Source: the human T2T-CHM13v2.0 reference genome, Homo sapiens. Taken from it: DNA of 64,000 bases. Below the pieces are notes generated by a model. The model had not been told where the DNA came from and did no database searches. It was given only the letters and a program-made list of their open reading frames with translations. Every line of letters begins with the position of its first letter. Within the stretch, counting starts at the first letter, position 1. The stretch lies in assembly GCF_009914755.1 (NCBI RefSeq), contig NC_060941.1, one strand, 5' to 3'. Below are positions 48,601 through 64,000 of this stretch, one piece after another. The translations under genes and the position numbers were made by a program.

Positions 48601-49332
48601 CTGTGAACAGGACAGAAGAAAAGATTCACAAATCCAAATGCCACAAAGTAAGCCAGCCCCAAATGCTAACTCTGAGGTTAGCTTCACAACTGTACACACA
48701 AAGGTAAAGACAGGGGAGTCGTGACTGGCTACCCTTTAGTTCCTATTATGTAGCAGGTAAGTTACATTTTTGTCTTCTTCAATGCCGAGTCCCTATAAGC
48801 AACAATGTCCTGAAAATGTAAGGTAGGTTATAGGGACTCAGAAAATAGCAGAAAGATGATTTATGTCAGATTCAGTTGAAAAAAATCTAATTATTAAGAG
48901 TAAGGAGTTTTCCAAATACATATTCCTCTCCTTTGTAAAATTAGACAAAAAATGCGACCACCATTTACTGAGTACTTCCTATTGTTAGGCATGGTACTGG
49001 GAATTTCTTGCTGTCCATTGTTACCTCTATGTCTCACAAAAATCCTGTAAGGCTTTAAACTTTTTGGTTATAGCCTCTTACCCCTACCCCCTTTTATACC
49101 TTTAAAAATTATTGAGAACCTTTAGAACTTTTATGTGAATTTTATCTATCAATATTTCCTGTATTAGAAACTAAAACTGAGGCATGAAAAAGTACAATAC
49201 ATTAGCACAGACTTCACTGTCAAAGTGACGATATTATTCCATGTCAAGTTGTCTCTTACACCATTGTACATATGTGAGAGAATAAAAGTGAAAAGGCACA
49301 TATTGTCTAGTATTTTTATTAAAATAGTTTTG

Positions 49333-49737
<405 letters not shown>

Positions 49738-50014
49738 TTACCATACATCAGGCACTGTGTGAAGTGCTTTACTCTCCATGTGTCAAACTCTCAACTCTGT
49801 AAACCTGGCATTATCTCCATTTTACAGATGAGAAAATAGATTCAGGGAGGCTGAATCTCTTGATAAAACTTACATAGCTCAAATACAGATAGGTCTGATT
49901 CCAGATAGGTTCCTTCCACCCAACCAACCTGATGTTCCAGAACAGAAGACAGAGAAACATATGTAGCCTACAGGAGTCCCAAGAAAGCAACTGCATAAGG
50001 CCCCCAGGCCTCAC

Positions 50015-50303
50015 CTTTTGGGCTGCTGCTGATGTTAGCGCTGAGTGAGGATGGGCTTTTGCTCAGGAGCATGTCCTCTTCCCCAGCCAAACTCTGCACA
50101 TCCACTTTCTTCACCTCTCTTGCCAGAATCCTGGGCTTGGAGAGCTCATCCCCCTGGGGTGTGAGTGGTTGATGCTGGCAGAGAGCCGGGTCTCGTGGTA
50201 CCAAAAAAGCACTCGGATCAAAACTTTCCCGAGGAAATTTGACAATTTTCTGTGATTTTATCCACTGATCATTTACAAATTGAAATCGCTTAAGGTGAAT
50301 AAT
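50015..50303 (-). pseudogene. USP32P exon (IIHLKRFQFVNDQWIKSQKIVKFPRESFDPSAFLVPRDP..SSPK), 289 nt
   Basis: tctccag| acceptor and |gtgag donor; open frame. Confidence 0.93.
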
Positions 50304-50469
50304 CTGGAGAAGTAAAGGTAGAAAACATCACATTAAAGCGTTCTGAAGATACAAAATTTACATGGAAAAAACAAGTCAAATACATGTGAATGTTTGGGAA
50401 TATATAACAGAACATTTACTCTTCATTATTTTTTAAAGACTTCAAAAATATGGTTTCCTAAAGGCCTCT

Positions 50470-50720
50470 ACACAGGCCCCAGTGCACTGGTGTGCTTGTG
50501 CACACACTCAACTCAGCAGCGTGGCACAGCCACGTGACTGCGCAGTGGGTACTGCCTCCAGGCTCAGTTGCTCTTCTAGAGTCCACAAAGGGCTAGCCTG
50601 AGCTTCCACTCTCCACAGAGCCAGAAGTTCACCCTCTCCTGAAGTTCAAATTCACCACGTTGTACCCCTTGTGGCAGTTCTCACATCACACTGAATTGCA
50701 GTTACTGGGCTACATGACTG
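50470..50720 (+). repeat. ~250-bp direct repeat, copy 1
   Basis: acacaggccc..cagtgcactgg..gttactgg..tacatga recurs at 51833-52090. Confidence 0.93.
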
Positions 50721-50851
50721 CTCTGCTTGTTTTATTTGATGATTATATGAAAATATATACTTGTTAAAATTCATCAAACTGGATACTAAAAATCTATGCT
50801 TTTAATTGTATGTTAATTATACCTCAATTTTTTTTAAAAGGTCTCCCCCTC

Positions 50852-51670
<819 letters not shown>

Positions 51671-51832
51671 GAAAATACATATAAATATCTGATTAAAATA
51701 GGCCAGTACCTTACAGTTACACTGACCTTAATGAATAGGAAGATTTGTCACTTCAAACTCTCCTGACAAACAAAAGGACAGTCTCCTAATCCATGAAGGG
51801 AGAAGGCAGAAGTAAATTAAATCTAAAAGAAC

Positions 51833-52090
51833 ACACAGGCCCTAGTGCACTGGCGTGCTTGTGCACACACACTCAACTCAGCAGCGTGCCACAGCCACAT
51901 GACTATGTGCAGTGGGTGTTGGGGGCTCCGGGCTCAGTTGCTCTTCTAGAGTCCACAAAGGGCTAGCCTGAGCTTCCTCTCTCCACAGAGCCAGAAGTTC
52001 ACCCTCTCCTGAAGTTCAAATTCACCACGTTGTACCCCTTGTGGCAGTTCTCAGATCACACTGAATTGCAGTTACTGGTCTACATGATTG
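51833..52090 (+). repeat. ~250-bp direct repeat, copy 2
   Basis: High identity to 50470-50720. Confidence 0.93.
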
Positions 52091-52311
52091 ATCTCTTCTT
52101 CTAGGTTGTAAGTTCGTTAGGAAAAGGAACTACCAAATATTTGTAGAAAGATTCATCTCTGTATTCAACATAAAAACCTTGTACAGAAAGTGTTTTAAAC
52201 ACTGCTGCAGGAAAAGTCTTATTCTCAAAAATAACAAAACCTCCTGTTTGTTCATGTCTTCTTTCTTTTATGCTAGATTCCTGCTCTCTCAGAGGCAGGA
52301 CTGTAACATAC

Positions 52312-52504
52312 CAGGAAGGGTGGAAGCCTCCAGAGATCCAGCTTCTTTGTTGCTAAAGCAGTGGGTCTTACACTTGGAACAGTAGTATATCTCATCTTCC
52401 CCTAGCTCTTCCTCACTGGTGAAAGCACGGAGACAGCTGTCCAGGTTGATGGGCTCGACTTGCACTCGCCAACTCTGCTCCACACTCTCATGCTCATCTA
52501 CAAC
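52312..52504 (-). pseudogene. USP32P exon (VVDEHESVEQ..INLDSCLRAFTSEEELGEDEIYYCSKCKTHC / LATKKLDLWRLPPFL), 193 nt, +1 frameshift
   Basis: ctacag| acceptor and |gtatg donor; extra T in cactgctttagca (A-run 52355-52357 on + strand). Confidence 0.92.
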
Positions 52505-52632
52505 CTGTAGGTGGAGGGAACAGGAGGAAAGGGGTGTGTGGGAAGGCATTTAAACTGGTGATCTAGCTATGCATCAACCTCTCGGTCACTCACCCTTATT
52601 TTACTCTATATAAGGAAAAAGAAAATATAACT

Positions 52633-52928
52633 TGCTGGGTATGGTGGCTCAGGCCTGTAATCCCAGCACTTTAGGAGGCTGAGGTGGGGGGAATTGCTTG
52701 AGTCCAGGAGTTCGAAACCAGCCTGGCCAACAGAGTGAGACCCTGTCTATGTGAAAGAAAAACCTAAAAATTAGCTGGGCGTTGTGGCGCATGTCTCTAG
52801 TCCCAGCTACTCAGGAGGATTGCTTGAGCCTGGGAGTAGAGGTTGCAGTGAGCTGTGATTATACCACTGCACTGCAGCCCAGATGACAGAGAGAGACCCT
52901 GTCTCAAAAAAAAAAAGGGAAAAGAAAA
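52633..52928 (+). mobile_element. AluJ
   Basis: Sense Alu dimer. Confidence 0.85.
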
Positions 52929-54803
52929 CACAACCCAAACTAGAGTCTGAGCAAATACAGCACCTACACATTTATTCACAAATGCTACACTGTAACATTC
53001 TGGATAAAATTTCTATTTATATGATCATAGCTTTTCTTGAAAAATTTTTGAATGCTTCAAAATGACAAAAAGAACTGCATTTATTTAACAACTTTGGAAT
53101 CCTATAAGGGATTACATGTGAGCTGGCCCTCAAGCCAGGGGTGATGATAGTAAGTCATTTATCTTTAATCAGAAAGCCAGAGCATTATTAGTATGCTGCA
53201 GAGTTTACAGAGGCTAGGAGAAATAACATGAAACACAGAAACCAGAGCTGGATGAAATAAGGGCACAGAAAAGCTCACCATGAGAAGACAACACAGCAGA
53301 GCATGAAACACCACAGGGTACAACTCATTTACATCTGATCCCATGTAACACAGAGTTATCAGAATACCAAGTCTATACTTATCTGTCTCCTCCCTCATGG
53401 GGCCTTTTTATCTGAGATGGCAACAAAAGGAAGAACAAGCTCAAGAGTGTGCTGCTTTTGTTGAGAAGGCCCCTAATACCCACCCAAACCTTTGGGGTCC
53501 TGTTAATCAGCATGTTAGGCTGTGGAGCAAGAAGGAGTTAAGTGTAAGAAAGGAGAGAGAGCAAAGAATGGGCGGGGTGCAGGGATATGTGTTGGGGGTG
53601 GTGTAGAATGAAGAAGGAGGAGAGAAGGAAGGATCTAGAGTGCAGCAGAAAAGAAAGAATTTTTCCCTCTCCATGCCTGGCTGCTACCTGACAAACAATC
53701 AAGAACCATAGAGCTGGGATCCTTCTGTTTGTCCCTCTAATGTATGGGAAGGTGGGTGAAGCATCAGGGTTATGAATGCTACCATAAGACTTCACACAGT
53801 TTATATTTGTGTCCCAAAGCAGAGCCCGGACCACAAGGCCCATACTGACTGCCTCTCTGTGGCAAACGTCACATATGTCCATCACCCACCCTATTTATTG
53901 CTCCTCACCCTTCCAGAGGTGAACTTCCTCCATGAATTTCCCTTCCTGAAACTCACGATGGGAACCTTAGGCTGCCTGGAATACAAATTGGCACAGCTCA
54001 AGACACGCAGCTTAGCATGGGTTTTCAGGCGAGACTTTTTCCCTATGTGAGAGTCACGAGGCTGTCAAATGCTGTTATAAACAAGCAAGGTTGGGTTTGA
54101 TCATGCAGTTACGGTTCTAGCACTGCATAATTACCCAGGCTAAAGAGCTCATTTAAAAAGGGGAACTTAGAGGAAAATTCTTTTTTTAGAAAAGGACTTG
54201 GGTTATAGACTTCTTTTTTGAGTACAAATTCTGTAGTAACAAGATATTAACTGTCATCATCTTTTGAACTGGTCACTCAAGGAAAAAACACGTGCTTCAA
54301 AAGGAAACGTGCTGTATCATCGTTGTTGGAATGAGTAGAAAAAGGGGTGTATCATATACGATAGTGTTTCCTTTCTCATGGCCAGTTAAATATTATCTCT
54401 ATTATCTCTACCAGGAATACTTTATGGCCAACCACAAATTAGAGTAAGCTAGTAAAGAATGTTGAATTTTATTGACTATATTTTCTGTGGAACACAGGCT
54501 ACAGTGCTAGATGAAGACAGGGAGGAAAGATGGCTGATAAACAACATATTTGTGGACTGTACTGACAGTAATTTCTATTTATCAGTAAAAGTTCCCAAAG
54601 TGATAAAGATTCCCTTTACCTCTTGGGATCTATGCTTAGATCCTCTACTATTGTTTAAACAGTCTATGAATTACTTATAGGCACCCTCTTCTTTTTCAGA
54701 GTTGCTTTAAAGCTCATCTTAACACAAAACACAGGAAATGAAGTAATAGTCTTCATATAAGACTATTAAAAAAAAAAAGAGAGAGGCCTAAGAATTTGTC
54801 TAG

Positions 54804-55043
<240 letters not shown>

Positions 55044-55629
55044 ATCTAGTTTAATTTTCTACTGAGGAATCTGAGGTCCAAACAGGAGAGAAATGTAAAG
55101 GATAAGAGTGAGTGTCCCTGTATTTTTTTCTGATTACTATGTATAATATTCATGTGGAAAATTTGGAAAGCAGAGAAAAATGTAAAAAGGCATGGAATCC
55201 TTTTATATTCTTAATACAAAGGCAACCACTGTCAAAATTTTGGCAGATTTTCTTCTGTCCTTTTTCCTAAATAGTATTTTTTTCAATATTGAAGGTATTA
55301 TTTCCAGTATATGCAACTTTATGTCTTGTTTTTAAAAAAATGTTCACATATCATAAGCATGTTCCCATAAATGTTAGCAAAAACTCCTGGTAATCATTTT
55401 CAACAACTGCATTATAGTTTATCCAATGAATACACCATGCTTTATTTAACCATTCCTCTAATGTGAGACAAATATAAGTTGTTAATAACTTTTTACTCTC
55501 CTAAAAAATGCTATGATGATATTTGCCTGCAAATTATGGAGTAATTACAGAGTATTCTCCCCTCAGATAAATTCCTAAAAGGGAAATCACTGGAATAAAA
55601 AATATAAAGCATATGGACAATAATCCCAA

Positions 55630-56268
55630 TTTAAAAAGATGTTAATGTATATAAATAGAGTGTAAATAAAATAGTGTTGATGTACTGAAATATGAACTGT
55701 ATAAAAAGTATTGGTAATTGTATATGGGGTGTACCTGTTTATCTGTAACTGTTATCCAAACAAATTAAATACTGTGGATGCCTCTATGTGCTGTTTTTCC
55801 TCATACAAGTAAACACAGAAAGTCAAATTCTTCAGCCTCCCTCTCTGTGATCCTGTTTTAATTCTCCTACTTGAATAATTTCTTTCTGACTTACAGAGGG
55901 GATGCTTCATCTCTGAGGTTGGAAACTCTGTAGAGCAGGATTCCCCAACTCCTGGGCTACAGACCAGCACCGTCCATGGCCTGTTAGGAACCGGGCTGCA
56001 CAGCAGCAGGTGAGCGGTGAGCTGTATTTATAGCCGCTCCCCCTTGCTCCCATTACCGCCTGAGCTCTGCCTCCTGTTAGATCAGCAGCGGCATGCCATT
56101 CTCGCAGGAGAACGAACCCTATTGTGAACTGCGCATGCTAGCAATCTAGGTTGTGCCCTCCTTATGAGAATCTAATGCCTGATGATTTGAGGTGGAACAG
56201 TTTGATCCTGAAACCATTCCCCCCAGCCCCCCAGTCCGTGGAAAATTGTCTTCCACAACACCAGTCCC
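55630..56268 (+). repeat. Right arm of 639-bp inverted repeat
   Basis: Reverse complement of 43610-44248, about 6 mismatches by eye. Confidence 0.97.
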
Positions 56269-56295
56269 TGGTGCCAAAAAGGTTGGCAACCACTG
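55936..56295 (+). mobile_element. MER1 (MER1B-like, hAT-Charlie) DNA transposon, full length
   Basis: caggattccccaac..ggttggcaaccactg termini; degenerate 8-bp TSD ctgtagag/atgtagaa. Confidence 0.85.
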
Positions 56296-56951
56296 ATGTA
56301 GAACAAGATTCCTACAGTGGGTATTACCCTACAGAGGTACTACTACAGGGGGTAGAACAAGATCCCTCCAGTGACCAGGTGACTTTAAACATGGCTCACA
56401 TCCCTTTTAGAAAGTTATGGCAGGGAAGCAAGTAGAGAGCAGGTGGTAAACTGAGGACTGGTGCCTACATCGGTACCAACACTGGGTCCTACAGTCACTT
56501 TTGTGCAGATCAGGAGATGAGGTGAAGAGAAGGAAAGCTTCTCATTTGCATAATGCCTTGAAATGACCCGAGGTTTCTAGGGGGCACCGAGAAACCAGAG
56601 ATGTACCCTGTTGTCTGTCTGGGAGATCCAAGGGGACAGCTGGCAGTGTTGAGAAGAGATGAAGGTGACAGCTGTAGGTCCTTCACCCTCAGCTTCTATT
56701 TGTTCACCTATAAAATTAAAATACCGAACACTCAGGCTTGTAAGAATTAAATGAAGGACACAAATGCCTGGCACAGTTGCTTGGTAAGTGCTCAATCCAA
56801 CGATACTCAATCCTATTTTACAAAAAGGGTTTTTTTTGTTTGTTTTGTTGTTTGTTTTTTTACCTCCTTGCTATACCGATGCTAAAAGAGTTTAATAGTC
56901 CTCTGGTCACATTTTCCAAAAGCAAGAATACACATTAAAAATGTATAAAAT

Positions 56952-58092
<1,141 letters not shown>

Positions 58093-59123
58093 CTACTTCT
58101 AAACACCATTGAATTGGAGCAAGTAGATGATTTGCCACATTTTTCCCAGCTAGTTTGGAGGCTGAATATAGAATTTTACTGGGGCACACCAGAATGTGTA
58201 CGTTGGGGAGCAGCGATCCCCGTTTTCCTTGATAATCTGCCGACAGCTTCCTTAGTATTGAAATCACAAAGTCAGAAATGCACACACCTCTATGATGAGA
58301 GATCCATACAGAAGAGAGCAACAAAAAGAGGCCTTTTAAGTTTGCCAGACTTCCTGACCAGTGGGAAGCAAGAGAGTAGATAAGTGTGCAACAGGCACAA
58401 ACCCAGGCCTATAAGAACCTAGTTGGGAACAGAATGTAAGAGAATGGGGAGCGATGGGGACTCTAGTGTGTTCTGGGCACGTGCCCATCTAAAGTCTCCA
58501 TGTGACTGTTGCCCTGCAGGAATGTGGGCCCCAGTGTTCACCAAACCTTTTTGTTTGTTTGTTTTTTTCCCGTGAAGAGAAGCCAGAAACCCAGATATTG
58601 ATACAAAGTATCCAGTTTAGAAGTGTTGGTAGTTTTTTTAATTTTGAACATTGTGCTGCCCAAAGAAGGTATCTGCAAGCCAGGTACAAACCAGCAGTTC
58701 ATGCCCTCTGGTGAGCAGAAATGTCGGAGGTCGAATTCTAGTTCTGCTGTTGCAACAGCTGTAAACGAAAGTCTTCAGATTTCTAATGCCCAATGGAAAT
58801 GCCACTTTATTTCCAAAGGTTATTAAAAGGAATAGTTCATGTATGTAAGTAGGCACAGAGCTTGCCACCTATTAGGTACTCAAAAGCATTCTTCCTTCAC
58901 TTAAGGAAACAATACAGGCATAATACAACAATAAAGTTACGATCAAGTTCATTATCAGGAGGCATACACCCAAACAATAGGGGAGTGAGCACCTACCACG
59001 TACAGAGCTCTCTGCTAGGTTCTCTGGGGGCAGCAGTTCCCAACCTGGCAATTCATCGGCATCGTCGGAATCAGCCAGCAGCTTGTTGGATATGCTGAGT
59101 CCAGAGTCCCGCCCATATTACAC

Positions 59124-59633
59124 CTAACGTTCTGTGCCTATTACACCCAGATTTATGAGATCCTCCTCTCCCATGCAGTCAAAGAATCTGCATTCTAATA
59201 AGTTCCTCAGAGGAAGCTCTTTTGCAGCCAGTTTGCACTGGTCTGTGGGTTGGTCACTTATGGAAACCACTGCTCCAGGGAATGAATCATGATTTCCAGT
59301 CTCATTAGGGAAAGATGATATGCATATGCACACATGTAAAGAGGAGTGACAGTAATTAGCCAAAAGCTCTGTGGACATAATTGCCTCTGATGAAGTGCTG
59401 ACTGATGACATCAGACAGTAGGCTATTGACAGTGTACCCCGGGGAAAGCTAAATGCAAAAGAGAAGCGAACTGCCTCATGAAGTGAGATCAGGATTACAC
59501 GGTCAGAAATGTGGAGAGGGTGATTCAGATGGACAAAGGAGCAGAGGTAGGATTCAAGTGATGTGTTTCGGAGGCAGTGCAGCCTGTTTGTGCTGAGTGG
59601 AAGGTGCACGAGGAACATAGTAGACGGTAACAT
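59124..59633 (-). CDS. FAM106A: FAM106A ORF, 169 aa, single exon; protein-coding status doubtful (lncRNA-like)
   Basis: [35 protein letters not shown] recognised from memory as FAM106A; no known domain; weak Kozak context. Confidence 0.7.
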   Translation of the reverse strand: MLPSTMFLVHLPLSTNRLHCLRNTSLESYLCSFVHLNHPLHISDRVILISLHEAVRFSFAFSFPRGTLSIAYCLMSSVSTSSEAIMSTELLANYCHSSLHVCICISSFPNETGNHDSFPGAVVSISDQPTDQCKLAAKELPLRNLLECRFFDCMGEEDLINLGVIGTER

Positions 59634-59744
59634 GAAGGCAGGAGCTGTGAAGGCCTTTGAAGGTCAGGCCAGTTGTAATAAAACTATTTCACATTGTCAG
59701 GTATCTTGCGATGGTTGCCAAACATTTTTCTATGGTTTGCATAA

Positions 59745-60235
<491 letters not shown>

Positions 60236-60386
60236 GTCCCTTGAAGCCCAGGCCAAATGGCCCTGCTGTGGCCTTGCCCCAACGCACCCCCCCACTTTCT
60301 CTGGGTCAGCCCCAACTCGTAGTCCAGTCCTCCCAGTTCCTCTGCTTCTCTGAGTATAACTTGAGCTGACGTGTGGTGCATTCCAG

Positions 60387-61289
60387 TTACCTGACTTACA
60401 TCAAGCTGTCAATGGCAATCAAGCGTAATGAGAGCATGGCCAAAGGTCTGCAGAGGGCTCTGCTGCAGCAGCAGCCAGAGGATGACAGCAAGTGCTTCCC
60501 CCGGCCCCAGGACCTGATCTGGCTTTATGACATCATCTTACAGCTGACCCTTGAGGACCGGGAAGGCAAGGGCCTGTCGTTTTCCTTTGCCTGTGTCAGA
60601 CACAAAATGACTTAACTTTGTATCATGGAAGGGCTGTGACAAGCAGGACCTGTTAGTAGCTGGGAAAAGACAAAGGTCTTACACCAGTTCCACAGTCTGT
60701 GAGCCCCTACCTCTCAGACATGCTGATCTGCAGAGAATAGTGACCTCAGATCATCACTGAGCACTTCACCTGTGTAAGATGCTCCCAGGTGCCATAGAGC
60801 ATCTGAGACCTGAATCCATGCCATCTCGGCCCCCAGGGAGTTTGTCAGTCAGTAGGACTGTGAGACACACACAGTCAAGGCATCTGAGTAGATGCTAAGC
60901 AAAATAAAAGCTCAGCGCTGGAACAGATCCCTTCCAGCTAAGATGGGCCAAGAAGTCTCTGAAGGCGGGTGAGCTATGAGTTGAGTTGTAAAGGGCAAAT
61001 CTGTTTCCAAGATGAGAGGGGAATGGAGGCGACAGCAGGTGTGGCTGCTGCCAGGTCACTTCACAGGCTTTTCCCCATTGTATTGACCTCGGGCTTTTTT
61101 TTTCTCACCATTGTCTGTTCTTACAAGGTCTTCTGTGAAAAATTCAACCTAAGATCTACTCTTCATGAATTTTCTTGTTGCATCTGTTGTACAGAATCTG
61201 GTGGAATTGCTCCAGCTTCCTGGTTTAGAGGAAGACAAAGCCTTCCAGAAAGAGATAGGCCTCAAGATTCTGGTGTTCAAAGCTTACAG
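60387..61289 (+). pseudogene. SRP68 (signal recognition particle 68) unprocessed two-exon fragment (SRP68P)
   Basis: Exon 60387-60543 YLTYIKLSMAIKRNESMAKGLQRALLQQQPEDDSKCFPRPQDLIWLYDIILQ (donor reads CAG|ctgacc, GT lost); exon 61195-61289 NLVELLQLPGLEEDKAFQKEIGLKILVFKAY(R) with intact ag/gt. Confidence 0.88.
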
Positions 61290-61595
61290 GTAACGTCCCA
61301 TGGGATGGGCAGAGTTTTCCTCTGCCTCCCAGGTTCTGTAAGCATTGGGAGCATGACCCAGCCCACAGCAGATGGGATCATTGGCCTTGAGTGTATGGTT
61401 ACCTTGCCTGTGATCAGAGGAAGGTCAGCCCAGCACGTTCAAGGGGAGTTTCTAAAGGCTGTGGTCAGCAGTGGCCAGTGATGATGACTGCCCTTTGGCC
61501 AGGTTGGAGGAGTGGAGCACACACGTTAAACTTGGCTTCCTCGCTGGGTGTGGTAGCTCACGCTTGTAATCCCAGCACTTTGGGAGGCAAAGGCA

Positions 61596-62494
61596 GGATT
61601 AAAAACTTAAATCTAAAATGAAAACATATTAAAACCTTGGACGATAACCTAGGAAATACCATTGCGGACATAGGACCTGGAAATGATCTTCATGACAAAG
61701 ATGCCAAAAGTAATTGCAAGAAAAACAAAAATTGGCAAATGGGACCTAATTAAACTAAAGAGCTTCTTTACGGCAAAAGAAACTATCAACAGAGTGAACA
61801 GCTCACAGAAAGGGAGAAAATATTTGCAACCTAGCCATCTGACAAACGTCTAATATCCAGCATCTGCAAGGAACTTAAATTTACAAGAAAAAAAAACAAA
61901 CAACCCCATCAAAAGTGGGCAAAGGACATGAACAGATACTTTTCAAAAGAAGACATAACATGTGGCCAACAAGGCTATGAAAAAAATGCTCAAACTCACT
62001 AATCATTAGAGAAATGCAAATCAAAACCACAGTGAGACACCATCTCACACCAGTCAGAATGACTATTATTAAAAGGTCAAAAACTAACAGAAGCTGGCAA
62101 GGTTGTGGAGAAAAGGGGATGTTTATGCACTTCTGGTGGGAATTTAAACTTGTTTAGTCATTGCGGAAAGCAGTTTGGCGATTTCTCAAAGAACTTAGAA
62201 TTGCCATTTGACCCAGCAGTCCCATTGCTTTCCCCATTGCTTTTTTTAAGTGGAGTTGTTGAAGGTTGGATGGTTGTAGGTGTGCTGCATTATTTCTTAG
62301 CTCTCTATTCTGTTCCATTGGTATATGTGTCTGCTGTTGTAACAGTACCATGCTATTTCTGTTACTGCAGGTTTGTAGTATAGTTTGAAGTCAGCTACCA
62401 AACTACCAATGACATTCTTCACAGAATTAGGATAAACTATTTTAAAATTTATATCAAACCCCAAAACAGCTGGAATAGCTAAGGCAATTCTAGC
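61596..62494. mobile_element. Rearranged L1P ORF2 fragments (+, -, +)
   Basis: gggacctaattaaactaaagagcttc and cactaatcattagagaaatgcaaatcaaaaccac (+); tagtatagtttgaagtcag (-); caaactaccaatgacattcttcacagaatt (+). Confidence 0.85.
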
Positions 62495-62700
62495 TTACTT
62501 TTATAAGAATATAGTGTATAATACATAGAATATACAGCATATATATTAATCAACTTTGTTATGGGTAAGGTTTCTGGTCAACAGTAGTTAATCAGGTCAG
62601 TCAGCAGTTACATTACAGGGAAGTCAAAATTTAGGCAAATTTTCGGCTGTGTGGGGTTCAGCCCCTCTAACTTCCACATTGTTCAAAGGTCAAGAGTACT
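62490..62700 (+). mobile_element. Tigger2/MER28-like 3' fragment
   Basis: ctagcttacttt..taagaata..ggtaagg..tctggtcaacagtag..cattgttcaaaggtcaa resembles the Tigger2 end. Confidence 0.7.
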
Positions 62701-64000
62701 GAAAGGGAAAAAAAACCTAAAATGAGCCATGTGTGATTCAACTGGAATTAGAATCACCAGGAAGAACTCATGGTTTTCAGTATATTCTAATATAGAAATA
62801 TCGATGAATATAAGCATGTATGTTTGTATATTTATCCATCTAGCTGTATTTTTCTGCTCTGTTCACTGAGGAAGCCTATGAGCAATGACAACTACAACAG
62901 CCATACGTATCTACCACAATTACTGCCCAGATATTGGTTTCTAATTACTGTCCCCTAAAGAAAGTCAGGGCTTCTGGAAAAAAATGAAAATGGCTGATTC
63001 AAGGGCTGGGGCAGAGAAAATACAAAGTATGGTTGAAACAGCTTATGCCAGAAAGTAAGGAAGTATTCAAAGAACAATAAGGACAGTTCAAAAAGACATG
63101 AACTCAGCTTGAAATGGCTACCACTGGTCAAAGCGGAGGGAACCTGAACAGCAAAACAATAAATTTTCCCTTCTCCCCTATTTGTTGGTTGGTTTTGTTT
63201 TGTTTTACTTATCCACGTAGAAGGAATGAAAGATGAAGACAATCATGATTTGGCAACCACCATAATAATAATTGACCCAACAAAAATAATCAATAAAATG
63301 CTAAATCTAGTGGGTGAGATGTTTAGAGTAACCAGATATTTACAGAGCCTCAAACTATGTTCACATAAGACATTGGTGAAAAACAAATGGTAGATAGTCA
63401 CTTTATCATGGACAGACCTGGCAGATTCTCAACCAAAGTCAACACTGGCCAGTAATGGAGCCAAGTAACAGCATATGCCTCCAGATATGCTGCATTGGGA
63501 AGAACTCAGCCTCACTTGTGTGACCTTCCTGCCAGAATGGTATAACCTGAACTGAATCATGAAGAAACATCCTATGAACCCAAACTGAGAGAAAATCCAC
63601 AAAAAACTGACCCATACTCTTCAAACACATAAATGCCATGAAAATCAAGGAAAGACTCAGGAATCATCCTGGACTAAAAGAGACTAAAAAGACAGAATAA
63701 TTTGACACAGATCGACCTCCTCCAAAGGTCAGCAACCTCAAACATCAAAGGTACATAGGCCCACAGAGATGAGGAAGAATCAACGTAAAAATGCTGAAAC
63801 CTCTCAACATCATGGATTATGAAAGTCAACATCATGGATTGTAAAATCACCCATCTTAAATTATTTGGCTATAAAAAATATTATTGAGACAACTGAAAAA
63901 AGTAAAATAAGGTTTATGGATGAGATAGTAACAGTAAACCATTTTTAATTTCCTGATTTTGATAGTTATACTATAATTATGCAAGATAATGCCTTGTTTT

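Overview
Primate, almost certainly human, Alu-rich genomic DNA: a mosaic of segmental-duplication blocks that I recognise as a Smith-Magenis (17p11.2) low-copy repeat. From left to right: (1) a complete, intact 11-exon galectin-9 paralogue on the + strand (CDS 9685-27197, 1071 nt = 356 aa + stop, all introns GT-AG; residues fit LGALS9C); (2) a convergent, 5'-truncated unprocessed NOS2 pseudogene (last six exons, - strand, ~29.9-36.1 kb, two frameshifts); (3) an unassigned ~7 kb block with a 40-bp minisatellite; (4) the last five exons and 3'UTR of a USP32/USP6-like pseudogene (- strand, 44.1-52.5 kb; one frameshift, one nonsense codon), bracketed by a 639-bp near-perfect inverted repeat (43610-44248 / 55630-56268); (5) the FAM106A ORF (- strand); (6) a two-exon SRP68 fragment (+ strand) bounded by truncated Alus; (7) a scrambled L1/Tigger patchwork. 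No tRNA, rRNA or CRISPR features. I cannot claim a new biological system. The best lead is the inverted-repeat-flanked USP32 cassette, which looks like a duplication-inversion and could still invert or form long dsRNA over its own poly(A) site. Gene names and comparisons to parental genes come from recalled sequences, not a database search. Repeat boundaries are approximate.
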